Of a stretch of DNA of 64,000 nt, positions 1 through 10,576 are shown one piece after another (positions within the stretch are counted from its first letter, which is position 1; each line of letters opens with the position of its first letter). The position numbers and the translations under genes are program-made. The stretch spans positions 11,871 to 75,870 of the forward strand of contig DATDWP010000016.1 of NCBI GenBank assembly GCA_035289625.1, read 5' to 3'. The notes under the pieces are model-generated. The model did not search any database. It was given only the letters and a program-made list of their open reading frames with translations, and was not told the origin of the DNA. Source of the stretch: an archaeon. Lineage in GTDB: Archaea; Iainarchaeota; Iainarchaeia; Iainarchaeales; Iainarchaeaceae.

Positions 1-53
1 TCGATAACTCCGGTTTTATTCCTAAATAAACCCCCACAGTGGCTCAGAATCAT

Positions 54-65
54 TTTAAATATTTG
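54..65 (+). promoter_or_regulatory. TATA-like box (ttttaaatattt) centred ~26 nt upstream of the ATG at 85; implies a leaderless or near-leaderless mRNA
   Basis: AT-rich box at the archaeal TATA-to-start distance from the first codon; no Shine-Dalgarno sequence in between. Confidence 0.4.
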
Positions 66-84
66 ATTTTACTACTAGGTTAGC

Positions 85-1599
85 ATGCAAATGCCACTGC
101 TTGCCATAATATTTTCACTCATTTTCCTTTTTCCACTAGCAAGTGCTGATATTACTTCTGGGCTTGTTGGGTATTGGAAACTGGATGAAAATTCCGGGCT
201 TATTGCTGCGGATTCTAGCGGCAGGGGCAATGATGGGAATTTAAACGGCGGGATCACGTGGCAAGCTGGTTATTCAAATTCTGATTTGAATTTTGATGGT
301 AGTGATGATTATGTGAGTATTATTGGGGCAACGGGAGGAACTTCGGGTGCTAGCACCATGTCATTTTGGATAAAAACAACTTCGCCATCATCTACCCAAG
401 TTGCAGTTGGCATATCCTCAGGAGATACAGCCAACGGTTTTGTTTGTGGTGTATACCAGTCACGGATTCTTTGTAATGCCAAAAATAATGTCAATGGAAA
501 GACTAGTTCAGTGATTGACACTGGGTGGCACCACATCGTTGCAATTAGAGATTCTTCACCAGCCGTTACAACAATTTATGTTGATGGAACTGATGTAACT
601 GGCACAACAAATACTAGCTGGTATAGTATCGGCTCCACTGCGCAGACACGCATTGGTCGGGCAATGGTAGATGGAGACGGTTCATTTCTCGCTGGACAAT
701 TGGATGATATACGAGTATACAGTCGCGCCCTCTCCGCCGGCGATGTCAACCAACTTTATTTTTGCCAACCACCAAGTGCTTCAGGAACTGATTGGATAAT
801 TGATGGCAACACTACCTGCGAGCTTGGAACCAACTATGATCAAAATTTAGTGGGGCAGTGGAAATTTGACGAAGGAAGAGGAGCGGTCGCAAAAGATTTT
901 AGTGGGAATGGAAACGATGGAAACCTTACCTCTGGGCCTGTGCGGATAACAAACGGAAAACTAGGCGGCGCACTGCAATTTGATGGGACTGATGATTATG
1001 TTTCTTTGTCTCTTGTAACCGGAACGACTTATACGTATTCAGGATGGATAAAACCGGACTCACAAACTGATAGTTACGGGTCGGTTTTTTCAAACAGCTC
1101 TGGTGCTCCCGGAATTTATTACCGTGGTTCGGGTGCAGGTGCAAATGCCGGTAATATTGACTATTATGTTTCAGGCAGCCAACTGTCCAATACTGCACTT
1201 ACCAATGGACAATGGCAACATATTGCGCTAGTGGTAACTTCAGGAGGCGCAACATTCTATTTGAATGGAGCATCCAATGGAACAGCTGCTAGCGTAGCTA
1301 ATTTTACAGTTGACCGTATGGGCGACGATGTTGCTTCTGAAAATTTCAAAGGTTATCTAGACGATGTTAGGTTTTACAACCGCGCTCTCAGCGCAACCGA
1401 TGTCAATAATTTGTACAAAGACACAATGGTTGCGCGGGTTGGAAACAATTTTGATCTACGCAACGGCTCACTAACAATTCTTTCAAGCAATGGAGTTGAA
1501 TTGCAGCCAACAAAAAAAGCAATCCTGCGAATAAAACCCACAAACCGCCACCAACTAATAATCCAAAAACTAGGAAGACTCATAATAAGGAAAAACTAA
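85..1599 (+). CDS. Secreted protein with two LamG / concanavalin-A-like (Laminin_G_3) domains
   Basis: Signal peptide MQMPLLAIIFSLIFLFPLASA. Two ~200-aa halves each end in the Laminin_G_3 hallmark LDD[IV]R[VF]Y.RALSA.DVN.LY. Confidence 0.75.
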   Translation: MQMPLLAIIFSLIFLFPLASADITSGLVGYWKLDENSGLIAADSSGRGNDGNLNGGITWQAGYSNSDLNFDGSDDYVSIIGATGGTSGASTMSFWIKTTSPSSTQVAVGISSGDTANGFVCGVYQSRILCNAKNNVNGKTSSVIDTGWHHIVAIRDSSPAVTTIYVDGTDVTGTTNTSWYSIGSTAQTRIGRAMVDGDGSFLAGQLDDIRVYSRALSAGDVNQLYFCQPPSASGTDWIIDGNTTCELGTNYDQNLVGQWKFDEGRGAVAKDFSGNGNDGNLTSGPVRITNGKLGGALQFDGTDDYVSLSLVTGTTYTYSGWIKPDSQTDSYGSVFSNSSGAPGIYYRGSGAGANAGNIDYYVSGSQLSNTALTNGQWQHIALVVTSGGATFYLNGASNGTAASVANFTVDRMGDDVASENFKGYLDDVRFYNRALSATDVNNLYKDTMVARVGNNFDLRNGSLTILSSNGVELQPTKKAILRIKPTNRHQLIIQKLGRLIIRKN

Positions 1600-1654
1600 A
1601 ATGCAAAACCTAACCAAAATAAAATGCATTTTGCAAAGTAGAAAAGTTCCTGAT

Positions 1655-2449
1655 TTATAGCAGGAGTCCGCCGAGCACTGAACCTATTGCGTATGAAATA
1701 AGTGCAGTAGCTCCGCCTATTAGGAGCATTTCAAATCCTGCAACAACCCAATGTTTTGCAATTACAAGCGAGCGCAATGACCCAACCGCAAATATTGTTG
1801 CAAAAGTGAGCACAAACGCAATTGGGAATGCAATTGAACTTTCAATAGGGGTAAAGAGCGAATATACAAAAATTAGCAAAGGTATAAGCCCTGCTGCAAC
1901 AAATGCAGCATAGGTGTAGAGCCCTGCTTTTATTGGATCTTTTTGATTAGGTATTAGCCCAAGCTCATCAGCCATCATTGTATCTATCCAAACGCTTTTT
2001 TTGGAAGTGATAAGTTCAACTAGGGTTTCAAGGTTTTTCCCGCTATACCCTTTGCGGGAATATATTTGCCGGATTTCTTCCCTCTCGCCTTGCGGATAGT
2101 TTTCAACTTCCCACTCCTCTCTTTTACGCTCTGCGTTGTAGTAGGATTTTTCAGAATTTTTTGAAAGGTAGTTTCCAACCGCCATTGAAAGGCCATCAGC
2201 TAGAAGGTTTGCAAACCCTAAAACTACTATTACTCCGCCCCCGAGCCCGGCACCGGCTGAACCTGCAACAATTGCAAATGTTGTAACAATCCCATCAAGG
2301 GCGCCATAGACCATGTCCCCGACATATTCGCCTTCGCCTTGGGAGTGGTGATCTTTTTCAAATGCATCTTTTGAGTGGGCGGATTTGGTAGCGCTGAGGT
2401 CGAATTTTTTAAAAGCCTCTTGCGCTTCTTTTACCCTTGTTTTTGCCAT
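1655..2449 (-). CDS. VIT1/CCC1-family Fe/Mn transporter
   Basis: GDMVYGALDGIVTTFAIVAGSAGAG motif, central charged helical insert, C-terminal TM bundle. Confidence 0.85.
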   Translation of the reverse strand: MAKTRVKEAQEAFKKFDLSATKSAHSKDAFEKDHHSQGEGEYVGDMVYGALDGIVTTFAIVAGSAGAGLGGGVIVVLGFANLLADGLSMAVGNYLSKNSEKSYYNAERKREEWEVENYPQGEREEIRQIYSRKGYSGKNLETLVELITSKKSVWIDTMMADELGLIPNQKDPIKAGLYTYAAFVAAGLIPLLIFVYSLFTPIESSIAFPIAFVLTFATIFAVGSLRSLVIAKHWVVAGFEMLLIGGATALISYAIGSVLGGLLL

Positions 2450-2487
2450 GGAAATATTATATAAGAAAGGAATTTAACCAGCGCAGA

Positions 2488-2892
2488 TCAATTTTTTGCG
2501 CTAAAAATTCTTTTGAGGGTCAGTATTATGACAACAACAACTGCGGTAAATATTGCAGAATAGAAAAAGCCCAGGCCTATTGCAATTCCGATTGCAGAAA
2601 GCACCCATAGATCAGCTGCGGTTGTGAGGCCGTGAACCTTATCATCAGCTCTAAAAATTGCTCCTGCCCCCAAAAACCCAATTCCTGTAACTATGCCTGC
2701 TGCAATCCTGCTAGGGTCTTGCGCGCCTATAAATTCAATTGAAACTATTGTAAAAAGTGTTGAACCAAGGCAGATTAGCATGTGGGTTCGAAATCCGGCC
2801 GGGACTGATTCTGATTCGCGCTGGAAACCAATAAGCGCGCCGATAACAACGGCAACAAGAAGCCTAACTAATACTTCGCCTTCTGCAATCAT
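2488..2892 (-). CDS. MgtC/SapB-family membrane protein
   Basis: VVIGALIGFQRE...GFRTHMLICLGSTLFT signature; 134 aa, multi-TM. Confidence 0.8.
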   Translation of the reverse strand: MIAEGEVLVRLLVAVVIGALIGFQRESESVPAGFRTHMLICLGSTLFTIVSIEFIGAQDPSRIAAGIVTGIGFLGAGAIFRADDKVHGLTTAADLWVLSAIGIAIGLGFFYSAIFTAVVVVIILTLKRIFSAKN

Positions 2893-3060
2893 GCAATAGA
2901 TTGAAATTAATTCCCATTAATAATGGTTTCGCGTAAAACAGCCTTGTTCAAAAATCCCGACCTGATGCATGTCCTTATGACGACTCAAAATGGCATATGC
3001 CCATTTAGGCCATTTGTTTTATTGGAAAATATTTTTTTAACAGGCATATACAAAACTTGA

Positions 3061-3768
3061 TCACTTGAGCGGAACTTCGATTAGAAGTATTTTTGAATTT
3101 GTTAGGGCGCTAATTTCCAATTTTTTTTCATTTGTAATTTGGGCGGCATCTCGCTTTTGCAGCTCTTTTCCCAAAGTAGCAACCGACCCTTCAATTACAA
3201 AAAGGTAAAATCCATGCCCCGGACTTTTTGAATCGGCAACAACTTTTTTCGAGCTTTCAAGTTCTGATAAATAAAATGAGGCATTTTGGCGGATGTAGAG
3301 CGCCTTCTTACTCTCTTGACCTACAACTTCTAGCAATTTATTTTTCATATCTTTTTGGGAAAATGCTTTTTGCGAATACGTAGGCTCAATGTCCTGCTCT
3401 TTTGGATAAACCCAAATCTGCAAAAGTGAAGTACTCTCTAATTTGGAAGGGTTAAATTCTGAGTGCACAATCCCGCTTCCCGCGCTCATATGCTGCACGT
3501 CCCCAGGTTTTATCACTCCGTGGCTTCCCATGCTATCGCGGTGCTCAAGCGCTCCACTTAGAACAATTGTAACTATTTCCATATTTTCATGCGGGTGCAT
3601 ATCAAAGCCGCGTCCTGGAGCAATTATATCATCATTTAGAACGCGAAGGGTGCCAAAACCCATTCTTTTCGGATTATAATAATCGGCAAAGCTAAAGCTA
3701 AAATTGCTGGAAAGCCAGCCATGATCAGAGTGCCCCCTCTCATTTGAGCGCTGTATATCTATTGCCAT
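3061..3768 (-). CDS. Pirin-family cupin protein
   Basis: HPHENMEIVTIVLSGALEHRDSMG...GDVQHMSAGSGIVHSE matches the pirin N-terminal cupin metal site. Confidence 0.85.
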   Translation of the reverse strand: MAIDIQRSNERGHSDHGWLSSNFSFSFADYYNPKRMGFGTLRVLNDDIIAPGRGFDMHPHENMEIVTIVLSGALEHRDSMGSHGVIKPGDVQHMSAGSGIVHSEFNPSKLESTSLLQIWVYPKEQDIEPTYSQKAFSQKDMKNKLLEVVGQESKKALYIRQNASFYLSELESSKKVVADSKSPGHGFYLFVIEGSVATLGKELQKRDAAQITNEKKLEISALTNSKILLIEVPLK

Positions 3769-4062
3769 TATACTATAGTGAAGGGATTTGCTTATAGAAT
3801 ATAATGTTATTGTATTAGATCTTCAATGGAAAGGTATGAACTAGAGGCCACATGGAATGGCAAAGAGGATGTAGATTACTTTTATATAGTTTTTAGCCCA
3901 CTAATGTATTGTAGTGATTTTTGATGTATCAGAAAACTATTGAAAAGGAAGAGGGATATTCTAAGGCGCAGAAAGAGGAGATTAAAAAGGCACTTGAAGG
4001 CCTGCGTGTTTTTAGAAATAGCCCTAAAGTGATGTCTTACCTTAAGAAGAGGCAAGCAGAAC

Positions 4063-4542
4063 TTAAGGGAAAAACTGATCAATAGAATAGAAAGCAGGCG
4101 TTCTGAACGCATTTTTCTCATTTACTTTCATATAAGCCTTGATTGCAAGGCTTGATTTCATTGAATGGGCATCGTCGGAAATTAGTATGTCAAGATTCTG
4201 AATGCTTGCGAGTGCAACAATTCTAAAGTCATTAATCATTTTCTTTTTTGAAATTCCACCTTCATATTCTCTCCAGTATTCTTCGGCGATAAATTCAACA
4301 ACAGGCCCCACAAGATATGAATGCTTGCCGGTAAACTTATCATATACTGAAAGAAGTGAATTCCTGAAACTTTTTCCCAAATATTTTACATCTGGCGGTA
4401 TCTCGCGCAATTCCTTTCTTATAATACTACACCCATAGACTACTGTTCCGTCTTCTTGCACCATTTTCTTCAGAATATCAATATAGTGAAGAAAAATATG
4501 CTCATAAACATTGGTATCAAACATTACTCTCCTCAGTTTCAC
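4063..4542 (-). CDS. PIN-fold-like nuclease (putative)
   Basis: N-terminal VMFDTNVY and C-terminal LDILISDD acidic motifs resemble PIN domains; size 159 aa. Confidence 0.45.
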   Translation of the reverse strand: MKLRRVMFDTNVYEHIFLHYIDILKKMVQEDGTVVYGCSIIRKELREIPPDVKYLGKSFRNSLLSVYDKFTGKHSYLVGPVVEFIAEEYWREYEGGISKKKMINDFRIVALASIQNLDILISDDAHSMKSSLAIKAYMKVNEKNAFRTPAFYSIDQFFP

Positions 4543-4682
4543 ATTAAACTAAATTTGAGAAAAGAATAAAAGGCAGGCTAGGACAAGGATTGGAATATTT
4601 CCAACATAATGTATAATGAATCAAGTATTGAACCCGGCAATGTGATTTTATATAGGAGAAATCCCTTTCATCTATTGATTTT

Positions 4683-7304
4683 ATGGATTGGCATCTAATG
4701 CAGCCAAATGAGGCAATGCAGACCCTCAACACTTCGCAAAAAGGCCTCTCTGAACAGGAAGCTTCAAATAGGCTTTTGAAAAATGGGAAAAATGAACTCA
4801 TTTCCGGCAAGAAAATAAATGTATTTGCCCTTCTGGTAGAGCAGTTCTCAAGCCCGCTTGTAATAATATTAATCGCAGCTGCTGCGATCTCTTTTGCTTT
4901 TGAAAAAGGCATTGATGGCATTTTAATTTTGGCAATAGTTGTTGCGAATGCAGTTTTTGGGTTTGCACAAAATTACAATGCGGAAAAGAGCATTGATGCA
5001 CTAAAAAAGATGGGCTCTTCGCGCGCGCTTGTTGTACGGGATGGACTTGCAAAAGAACTTGATTCTAAAGAACTTGTTTGCGGCGATATAATTTTGCTGC
5101 GCGAAGGGGCAAAGATCCCAGCTGATTGTAGGCTAATTGAAGCAAATGAAATGAGTGTTGATGAATCAATCCTAACAGGCGAGAGCGATTCTGTTTCAAA
5201 GCATATAGAGCAGGTTGGAAAAGAGTCCACGCTAGCAGATAGAAAGTGCATGCTCTATATGGACACTTTAGTTGTGAGGGGAAAAGGAAAAGCAGTGGTA
5301 GTAGAAATTGGGATGAATACAGAAGTCGGAAAAATCGCGCAAAAACTTGATACAGTATATGAACAGCCTACAAGGTTCCATAAAGAAATTGAGGTGCTTG
5401 GCAAAAAAATCACTTACATTATCATTGTGCTTGTTGCAATAATCGGCGCTACCATACTATTTGAACACGAAGCTAGCCTAATAGAGGCGCTTATAATTTC
5501 AATAAGTGTAGCGGTTGCTGCAATCCCTGAAGGCCTCCCTGCGGTAGTGACGCTCTCACTTGCAATTGCAACGGCAAGCATGCTCAAGAAAAATACCTTG
5601 GTTAGAAAACTGCCGGTAATTGAAAATTTAGGTTCAGTGCAAGTGATCTGCACAGATAAGACCGGGACCCTTACTGAAAATAGCATGACGGTGCAGCAGA
5701 TTTATTGCAATGGCGGTTTTTATGAAGTGAGCGGCACCGGAAGGAGCATTAAGGGCGAATTTTTTAAAAGTTCAAGAAAAATAAACCCAAAAGAAATTGA
5801 AGAAGTACTACTCTGCGGGCTTATTTGCAATGAAACCATTATCCAAAACGCCCTCCCCCAATTGGAATTCAATGGCGACCCTACTGAAGTTGCCCTATGT
5901 GTTAGTGCACTCAAGGCAGGGGCCTCAAAGGCAGGTTGGGAAGAAGTTAGCGAAATCCCATTTTCTTCAAAAACAAGGAGAATGACAAGCGTTGTGCAAA
6001 ATGAGCAAACAATAATGTCCTATTCAAAAGGTGCGTGCGAAGTGATTTTGGATTCATGTACGCACTTTTTACTCTATGGGGAAAAACTAAAGCTTGATAG
6101 TAAAATGCGCAAGCAAATATTGGAGGCAAATGATTTGATGGGTTCAAAGGCCCTTCGTGTCCTTGCATTTGCAAGTAAGGAATTGAATTCCCCGGATGAG
6201 CAATCAGAATTCGATATGACATTTTTAGGGCTGCAGGGGATGATTGACCCTCCAAGATCAGAAGTTGCAGCAGCACTAGATGTTGCGCGGCAGGCGGGAA
6301 TTAGGGTCGTAATGCTGACAGGGGATAATGCTGCAACTGCAAGGGCAATAGGAGAACAGATTGGTTTTAGGGGGCAAGCTATTGATGGAAAAGACCTTGA
6401 AGCTATGAGCGAGCAGGAATTTGAAAAAGCAACGCGTGTAAATGATATTTTTGCGCGCGTTAGCCCTGAACAAAAATACAGGGTTTTGCGGTTTTTTCGG
6501 GCAAGCGGGCAAAGCGTTGCAATGACAGGGGATGGGGTAAATGATGCAATCGCCCTAAAGGAAGCGGATGTGGGAATCGCAATGGGGATTAGAGGCACTG
6601 ATGTTGCAAAGCAGGCTAGTGATATTGTAGTACTTGATGATAATTTTGCAACAATTATTGAGGCAATTAGACAGGGAAGGGGAGTATTTGATAATATCCG
6701 CAAATTTGTAAATTATTTGCTCTCAAATAATCTAGCAGAAGTGTTCATTGTATTTATTGCCTCTATTGGAGGAAATCTTGCAATTACTGCAGTGCAGCTT
6801 TTGTGGATAAACCTTCTAACGGATGGGATGCCGGCTCTTGCCCTGGGAGCCGACCCTCCAAAAAAAGACATCATGAAAGAGCCACCTAGAAATAAGGATG
6901 AACAGATTGTTACAAAAAAACTCGGAAAAATCATGCTTGCAATAAGTGCAATGCTAACAATTGTAGTGCTTGCAATATTTTACTACTATTTGCCACAAGG
7001 CATTGTGATTGCGCAGACAATGGTATTTACGTGCCTTGTATTTTACGAATTTGTAAGAATAGTAGTTATTCGAAGGCAAGAAAAGCTTGGGTTTTTTTCC
7101 AATAAGTGGCTAGTAGTAGCGCTTTTGGGATCTTTTGTTTTGCAATTATTTGTCCTCTACACTCCGGCATCAAATTGGTTTGGGACAGTTAGCCTTGGAA
7201 TAGAAGACTGGGCGATAATTCTACTTGGCGGAATAGTTGCATACTTTTCAAGTGTTATTATAACAAATCTTTTACAGGAAAAATCCCATAACAGCATAAT
7301 TTAG
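4683..7304 (+). CDS. P-type cation-transporting ATPase (P2, Ca2+-ATPase-like)
   Basis: TGES, ICTDKTGTLTEN phosphorylation site, MLTGDN, MTGDGVNDAIALKEADVGIAMG hinge; about 10 TM. Confidence 0.9.
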   Translation: MDWHLMQPNEAMQTLNTSQKGLSEQEASNRLLKNGKNELISGKKINVFALLVEQFSSPLVIILIAAAAISFAFEKGIDGILILAIVVANAVFGFAQNYNAEKSIDALKKMGSSRALVVRDGLAKELDSKELVCGDIILLREGAKIPADCRLIEANEMSVDESILTGESDSVSKHIEQVGKESTLADRKCMLYMDTLVVRGKGKAVVVEIGMNTEVGKIAQKLDTVYEQPTRFHKEIEVLGKKITYIIIVLVAIIGATILFEHEASLIEALIISISVAVAAIPEGLPAVVTLSLAIATASMLKKNTLVRKLPVIENLGSVQVICTDKTGTLTENSMTVQQIYCNGGFYEVSGTGRSIKGEFFKSSRKINPKEIEEVLLCGLICNETIIQNALPQLEFNGDPTEVALCVSALKAGASKAGWEEVSEIPFSSKTRRMTSVVQNEQTIMSYSKGACEVILDSCTHFLLYGEKLKLDSKMRKQILEANDLMGSKALRVLAFASKELNSPDEQSEFDMTFLGLQGMIDPPRSEVAAALDVARQAGIRVVMLTGDNAATARAIGEQIGFRGQAIDGKDLEAMSEQEFEKATRVNDIFARVSPEQKYRVLRFFRASGQSVAMTGDGVNDAIALKEADVGIAMGIRGTDVAKQASDIVVLDDNFATIIEAIRQGRGVFDNIRKFVNYLLSNNLAEVFIVFIASIGGNLAITAVQLLWINLLTDGMPALALGADPPKKDIMKEPPRNKDEQIVTKKLGKIMLAISAMLTIVVLAIFYYYLPQGIVIAQTMVFTCLVFYEFVRIVVIRRQEKLGFFSNKWLVVALLGSFVLQLFVLYTPASNWFGTVSLGIEDWAIILLGGIVAYFSSVIITNLLQEKSHNSII

Positions 7305-7363
7305 CAAAAGGGCTATAACAAATACGGCAATTATTTAAAATTGAAAGGCCCCTAAAGTATAAC

Positions 7364-8587
7364 ATGAAGAAACTTGCATTATTTGCAATATTGGCCTTGC
7401 TGCTAGGATGCGTTGCCCCAATCCCCCCCACTAATGGTTCGGATACCAATAATTCTGACGGCGACCCAAATGATGCAAAATCTGTTGTAATTGACCAAAA
7501 CACAGTATACACTCATGGCAATATTGCAATTGAAGTGATTTCTTTTACCGATTCTCGCTGCCCGCAAGATGTGCAATGTATATGGGAAGGCGAACTTGGA
7601 GTAATACTCAAAGTTAGCTCTCAAGGCCAAGTAGAAGAAGTCATTTTAGGGGAAAAAACAAGGCCATCAGCACAAGCATTTGGTTATACCCTAACAATAG
7701 GTTCAATTGATTTTACAAATAAAAAACTAACACTTGTAATTTCCAAAAATTCGGATGAAACAAAAAGGCGAGTGTGGTTTTCATTTGGGCCAAAGCAGTG
7801 CAATTCAAATCCGTGGGATGACTCAAAATATCAAAGAGCCACATGCCAAGGTCCGGGCTGTCCAAGCTGGGGCGAAGAGAATGCAATCAAATTATGGTTA
7901 GACGACAAGGGAATTAAGGTCTATGGCTATGCGTCCCACCAAAAAAGCGAAATTGTATGCGCTGCATGTTCTTGCCCGCGCGGAGATGAAATTGCAGTTC
8001 TTGTGAACAATTCGGATTCGCAAAAAATGGTTTCCCTCGGATGGGTTTCTTTGGGTTCAGAAATTGCATGCACAGAGGATGCAAAGCTCTGCCCTGACGG
8101 AAGCGGAGTTGGAAGGGAAGGGCCATTTTGCGAGTTCCCAACTTGCCCCGGAGGGGATATTGTTAATGCTAATGAAATAGTAATCCAAAAAATCAATGTC
8201 CCGGGTTTTACAATTAACCCGCAAACAGTAACTGCAATAATTTACGGGGACGGCTATTATGTAATTGAAACCACAAATTACAATTCAGATACACAAGAGC
8301 AAACAGTGAGCGCTACTACCGGAAATATCGGGAAAGAAAAAGTACAAGAGCTTGTTGATCTAATAGAATCTACTAATTTTTTCAGCCTAACTGAAGAAGA
8401 TACAAGAAGTTGCATAGCAGATCCTCCTACAATCACACTTGACATTAAAATTGAGGAAAAATCAAAAGTTGTTAGTGGAATTGGAACTGAGTGCGATAAG
8501 CAAAAGCTTGAGGAATCAAGAAAAATAATAAAGGAAATTGAAGAACTCTTAGGCCAAGAACCACACCTTTTAGGGCAAGAAAGCTAA
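7364..8587 (+). CDS. Predicted lipoprotein, Cys-containing, function unknown
   Basis: Signal peptide with lipobox MKKLALFAILALLLGC; no recognisable catalytic motifs. Confidence 0.6.
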   Translation: MKKLALFAILALLLGCVAPIPPTNGSDTNNSDGDPNDAKSVVIDQNTVYTHGNIAIEVISFTDSRCPQDVQCIWEGELGVILKVSSQGQVEEVILGEKTRPSAQAFGYTLTIGSIDFTNKKLTLVISKNSDETKRRVWFSFGPKQCNSNPWDDSKYQRATCQGPGCPSWGEENAIKLWLDDKGIKVYGYASHQKSEIVCAACSCPRGDEIAVLVNNSDSQKMVSLGWVSLGSEIACTEDAKLCPDGSGVGREGPFCEFPTCPGGDIVNANEIVIQKINVPGFTINPQTVTAIIYGDGYYVIETTNYNSDTQEQTVSATTGNIGKEKVQELVDLIESTNFFSLTEEDTRSCIADPPTITLDIKIEEKSKVVSGIGTECDKQKLEESRKIIKEIEELLGQEPHLLGQES

Positions 8588-8588
8588 T

Positions 8589-9809
8589 TTAGCCAAATAA
8601 AAGTTTGAGTATGGTTTTGGGGCTTGCAAATTCTCGTGCAAGCGAATAATCGCGCTGCATCCTAGAACTTAGTTCAATTAGGGATTTATTTTTTGAGGCG
8701 CGCGATAGCACAAAATCAAATATTTTTTCGTGCAAAATCAAAAACTCGAGCCACTTAAAACCACTAACTTCCGGAACTAATATTTTCCATATCTCTTCAT
8801 CATATTCACTAAGGCTCTTTGCACTAAAATCTTTTCTTTTAAAGGCATTTATTATCGCTCTTGCAGCAATTTTTGCGCTGCGCATTGATGGCCCTACGCC
8901 TTCTCCGCTAAATGTCATTGCAAATGTCCCTGCATCTCCGCAAAGAACAAACCCATTTCCGCTACACGCCCTTCTCTGCCCAAGTACGCTAAGGCCCCAC
9001 TTCTCAACTTGAGTTACTTTTTTGGAATCTTCAAATCTTGCCCTAAACCTTGAGCTTTTTACAATTTCTTCAAGTTTGTGCTCAAGATTTACATGGCCTT
9101 TTTTAATATCCTCTAGGCGCATTCCAATTCCGACGTTGCAGGTTTTTTCATCAACCGGAAAAATCCAAAAATAACCAGGGCACACCCCTTTCAAATAATA
9201 CAATTCACACCTATCCATTGGGCCTTTTACATTTTCATAATACGCCCGTGCATTGAGAGCGTATCTTCCCTTAACTCTTGTACTTATCCCTAGCACATTC
9301 GCAATTGCGCTCTTGCTTCCATCAGAACCCACAACAACTTTTGAAAGCGCTTTTGAATTGTGGCCTTTTTCATCCAAAAAATTAACCCCTATCACTTTAT
9401 CAGAATCAACTACAGGGCCAATGACTTTGCAACCTTCCCGAAGAAGAATGTTCTTATGCCCCTTGCACGCTTGCGCGAGCATATTGTCAAATAGTAACCT
9501 TTTGACATTATACCAAGGGCCTTTTTGCGCAATATCGCTTTGCAAAAACGGAGTATACATTTCATGCCCAGCTGGCGAACCTACAAGAACTCCTGAAATT
9601 GGCTGCTTTTTTAACTTCTCAAATTCATCCCATAGCCCAAGCTCTTTTACAATATCGGTGCAAAGCCAGGTTTTATTATCAGCGCACACTTTATCGCGCG
9701 GAAATTTTTCCTTTTCCAAAAGCAAAACCTTAAGGCCAGAATTTGCAAGGTAGAGCGCGCACGTGCAGCCCGCTGGCCCGGCTCCGCAAACAATGACATC
9801 GTATGGCAT
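8589..9809 (-). CDS. Geranylgeranyl reductase-family FAD oxidoreductase (archaeal lipid saturation type)
   Basis: YDVIVCGAGPAGCTCALYLANSGLKVLLLEKEKFPRDKVCAD dinucleotide fold. Start moved from the track's 9896 to ATG 9809 (MPYDVIV). Confidence 0.8.
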   Translation of the reverse strand: MPYDVIVCGAGPAGCTCALYLANSGLKVLLLEKEKFPRDKVCADNKTWLCTDIVKELGLWDEFEKLKKQPISGVLVGSPAGHEMYTPFLQSDIAQKGPWYNVKRLLFDNMLAQACKGHKNILLREGCKVIGPVVDSDKVIGVNFLDEKGHNSKALSKVVVGSDGSKSAIANVLGISTRVKGRYALNARAYYENVKGPMDRCELYYLKGVCPGYFWIFPVDEKTCNVGIGMRLEDIKKGHVNLEHKLEEIVKSSRFRARFEDSKKVTQVEKWGLSVLGQRRACSGNGFVLCGDAGTFAMTFSGEGVGPSMRSAKIAARAIINAFKRKDFSAKSLSEYDEEIWKILVPEVSGFKWLEFLILHEKIFDFVLSRASKNKSLIELSSRMQRDYSLAREFASPKTILKLLFG

Positions 9810-9920
9810 TTGGTCACCAATTAGAAACAATAATAATGTGCAAGGTGGTTTAAGTGCTTTTTGGGCCAGTAGACTAGTAAAATTTATATTTGGCAATAAG
9901 TATCTTTATTAGGTGTTGAA

Positions 9921-10190
9921 ATGGGATTAATTAGAAAGATGAGAAATGTTTATGAAAACTTCAAGAGGCGTGCCAATCCAAAAAAAGTGCTGAATATGGC
10001 AAAAGTAGAAAACGGAGTGGTGAAAATAGAAGTCGATGGAAGAAAGTATCATATCAAATTAGGATATGAATATGACGGACAAATCCTAAACTACAGGGCA
10101 AACGCTAGTGGCGGAATAACTTTATTATCAAGGGGCCAGAGGAAAGTGATGGATATTTCTCGCTCAGACTTAGTGAAAAAACAACTATAA
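9921..10190 (+). CDS. Small basic protein (89 aa), N-terminus MGLIRK
   Basis: ORF with K/R-rich N-terminus. Shares the MG[LA]I[RK][KR] start with ORFs 14185-14388 and 22750-22974. Confidence 0.45.
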   Translation: MGLIRKMRNVYENFKRRANPKKVLNMAKVENGVVKIEVDGRKYHIKLGYEYDGQILNYRANASGGITLLSRGQRKVMDISRSDLVKKQL

Positions 10191-10441
10191 AATTAGAAAA
10201 ATGAAGAGTCAGGGAGTTAAATTCCTTTTTATTTTTCTTATGAATAACTAAAACCCTAAATCTTCCCTGTAAAATTTTTTCCCTAAAGCAATATTATTCT
10301 CAAACTCTAGAAGCCTTTTGTACCTATTCATAATAATCGTTGCATTAATACTTATTTTAAGTTTTCCGGCCAACATAACACTAATTTCTTGAAATTGCAG
10401 GAGGGCGGATTCGAACCGCCGAAGGCACTAAGCCAGCAGAT

Positions 10442-10576
10442 CTCTCAGACAGTTTTCAACCTAAAATTACACTTTTCTTTTTGGTCGAGCTTCCTTGCAG
10501 AACTTGTTCTGCGAGGCCTCGCAAAACCATTGGTTTTGCTAGGTTTCTTTTCTTGTTAAAGAAAAGAAAAAGGTCG
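10442..10576 (-). other. tRNA-Leu intron (135 nt), highly structured
   Basis: Lies between G37 and A38. Contains perfect hairpin 10544-10569 and palindromes 10497-10512 and 10521-10539. Confidence 0.8.
10489..10539 (-). repeat. Conserved double-hairpin module, copy 1 (inside the tRNA-Leu intron)
   Basis: Minus-strand GCAAAACC-AA-TGGTTTTGC GAGGCCTC GCAGAAC-AA-GTTCTGC AAGGAAGC. A second copy lies at 45272-45323 (+). Confidence 0.7.

Noticed and set aside
4544-4921. 125-aa minus-strand ORF upstream of the PIN-like gene, considered as a candidate antitoxin
   Set aside because: It overlaps the start of the well-supported P-type ATPase gene on the other strand and has implausible composition.
10442-10576. 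C/D-box or H/ACA guide sRNA embedded in the long tRNA intron, as is known for some archaeal tRNA-Trp introns
   Set aside because: There is no RUGAUGA C box, only a lone CUGA near the 3' end, and no ACA box or pseudouridylation-pocket layout.
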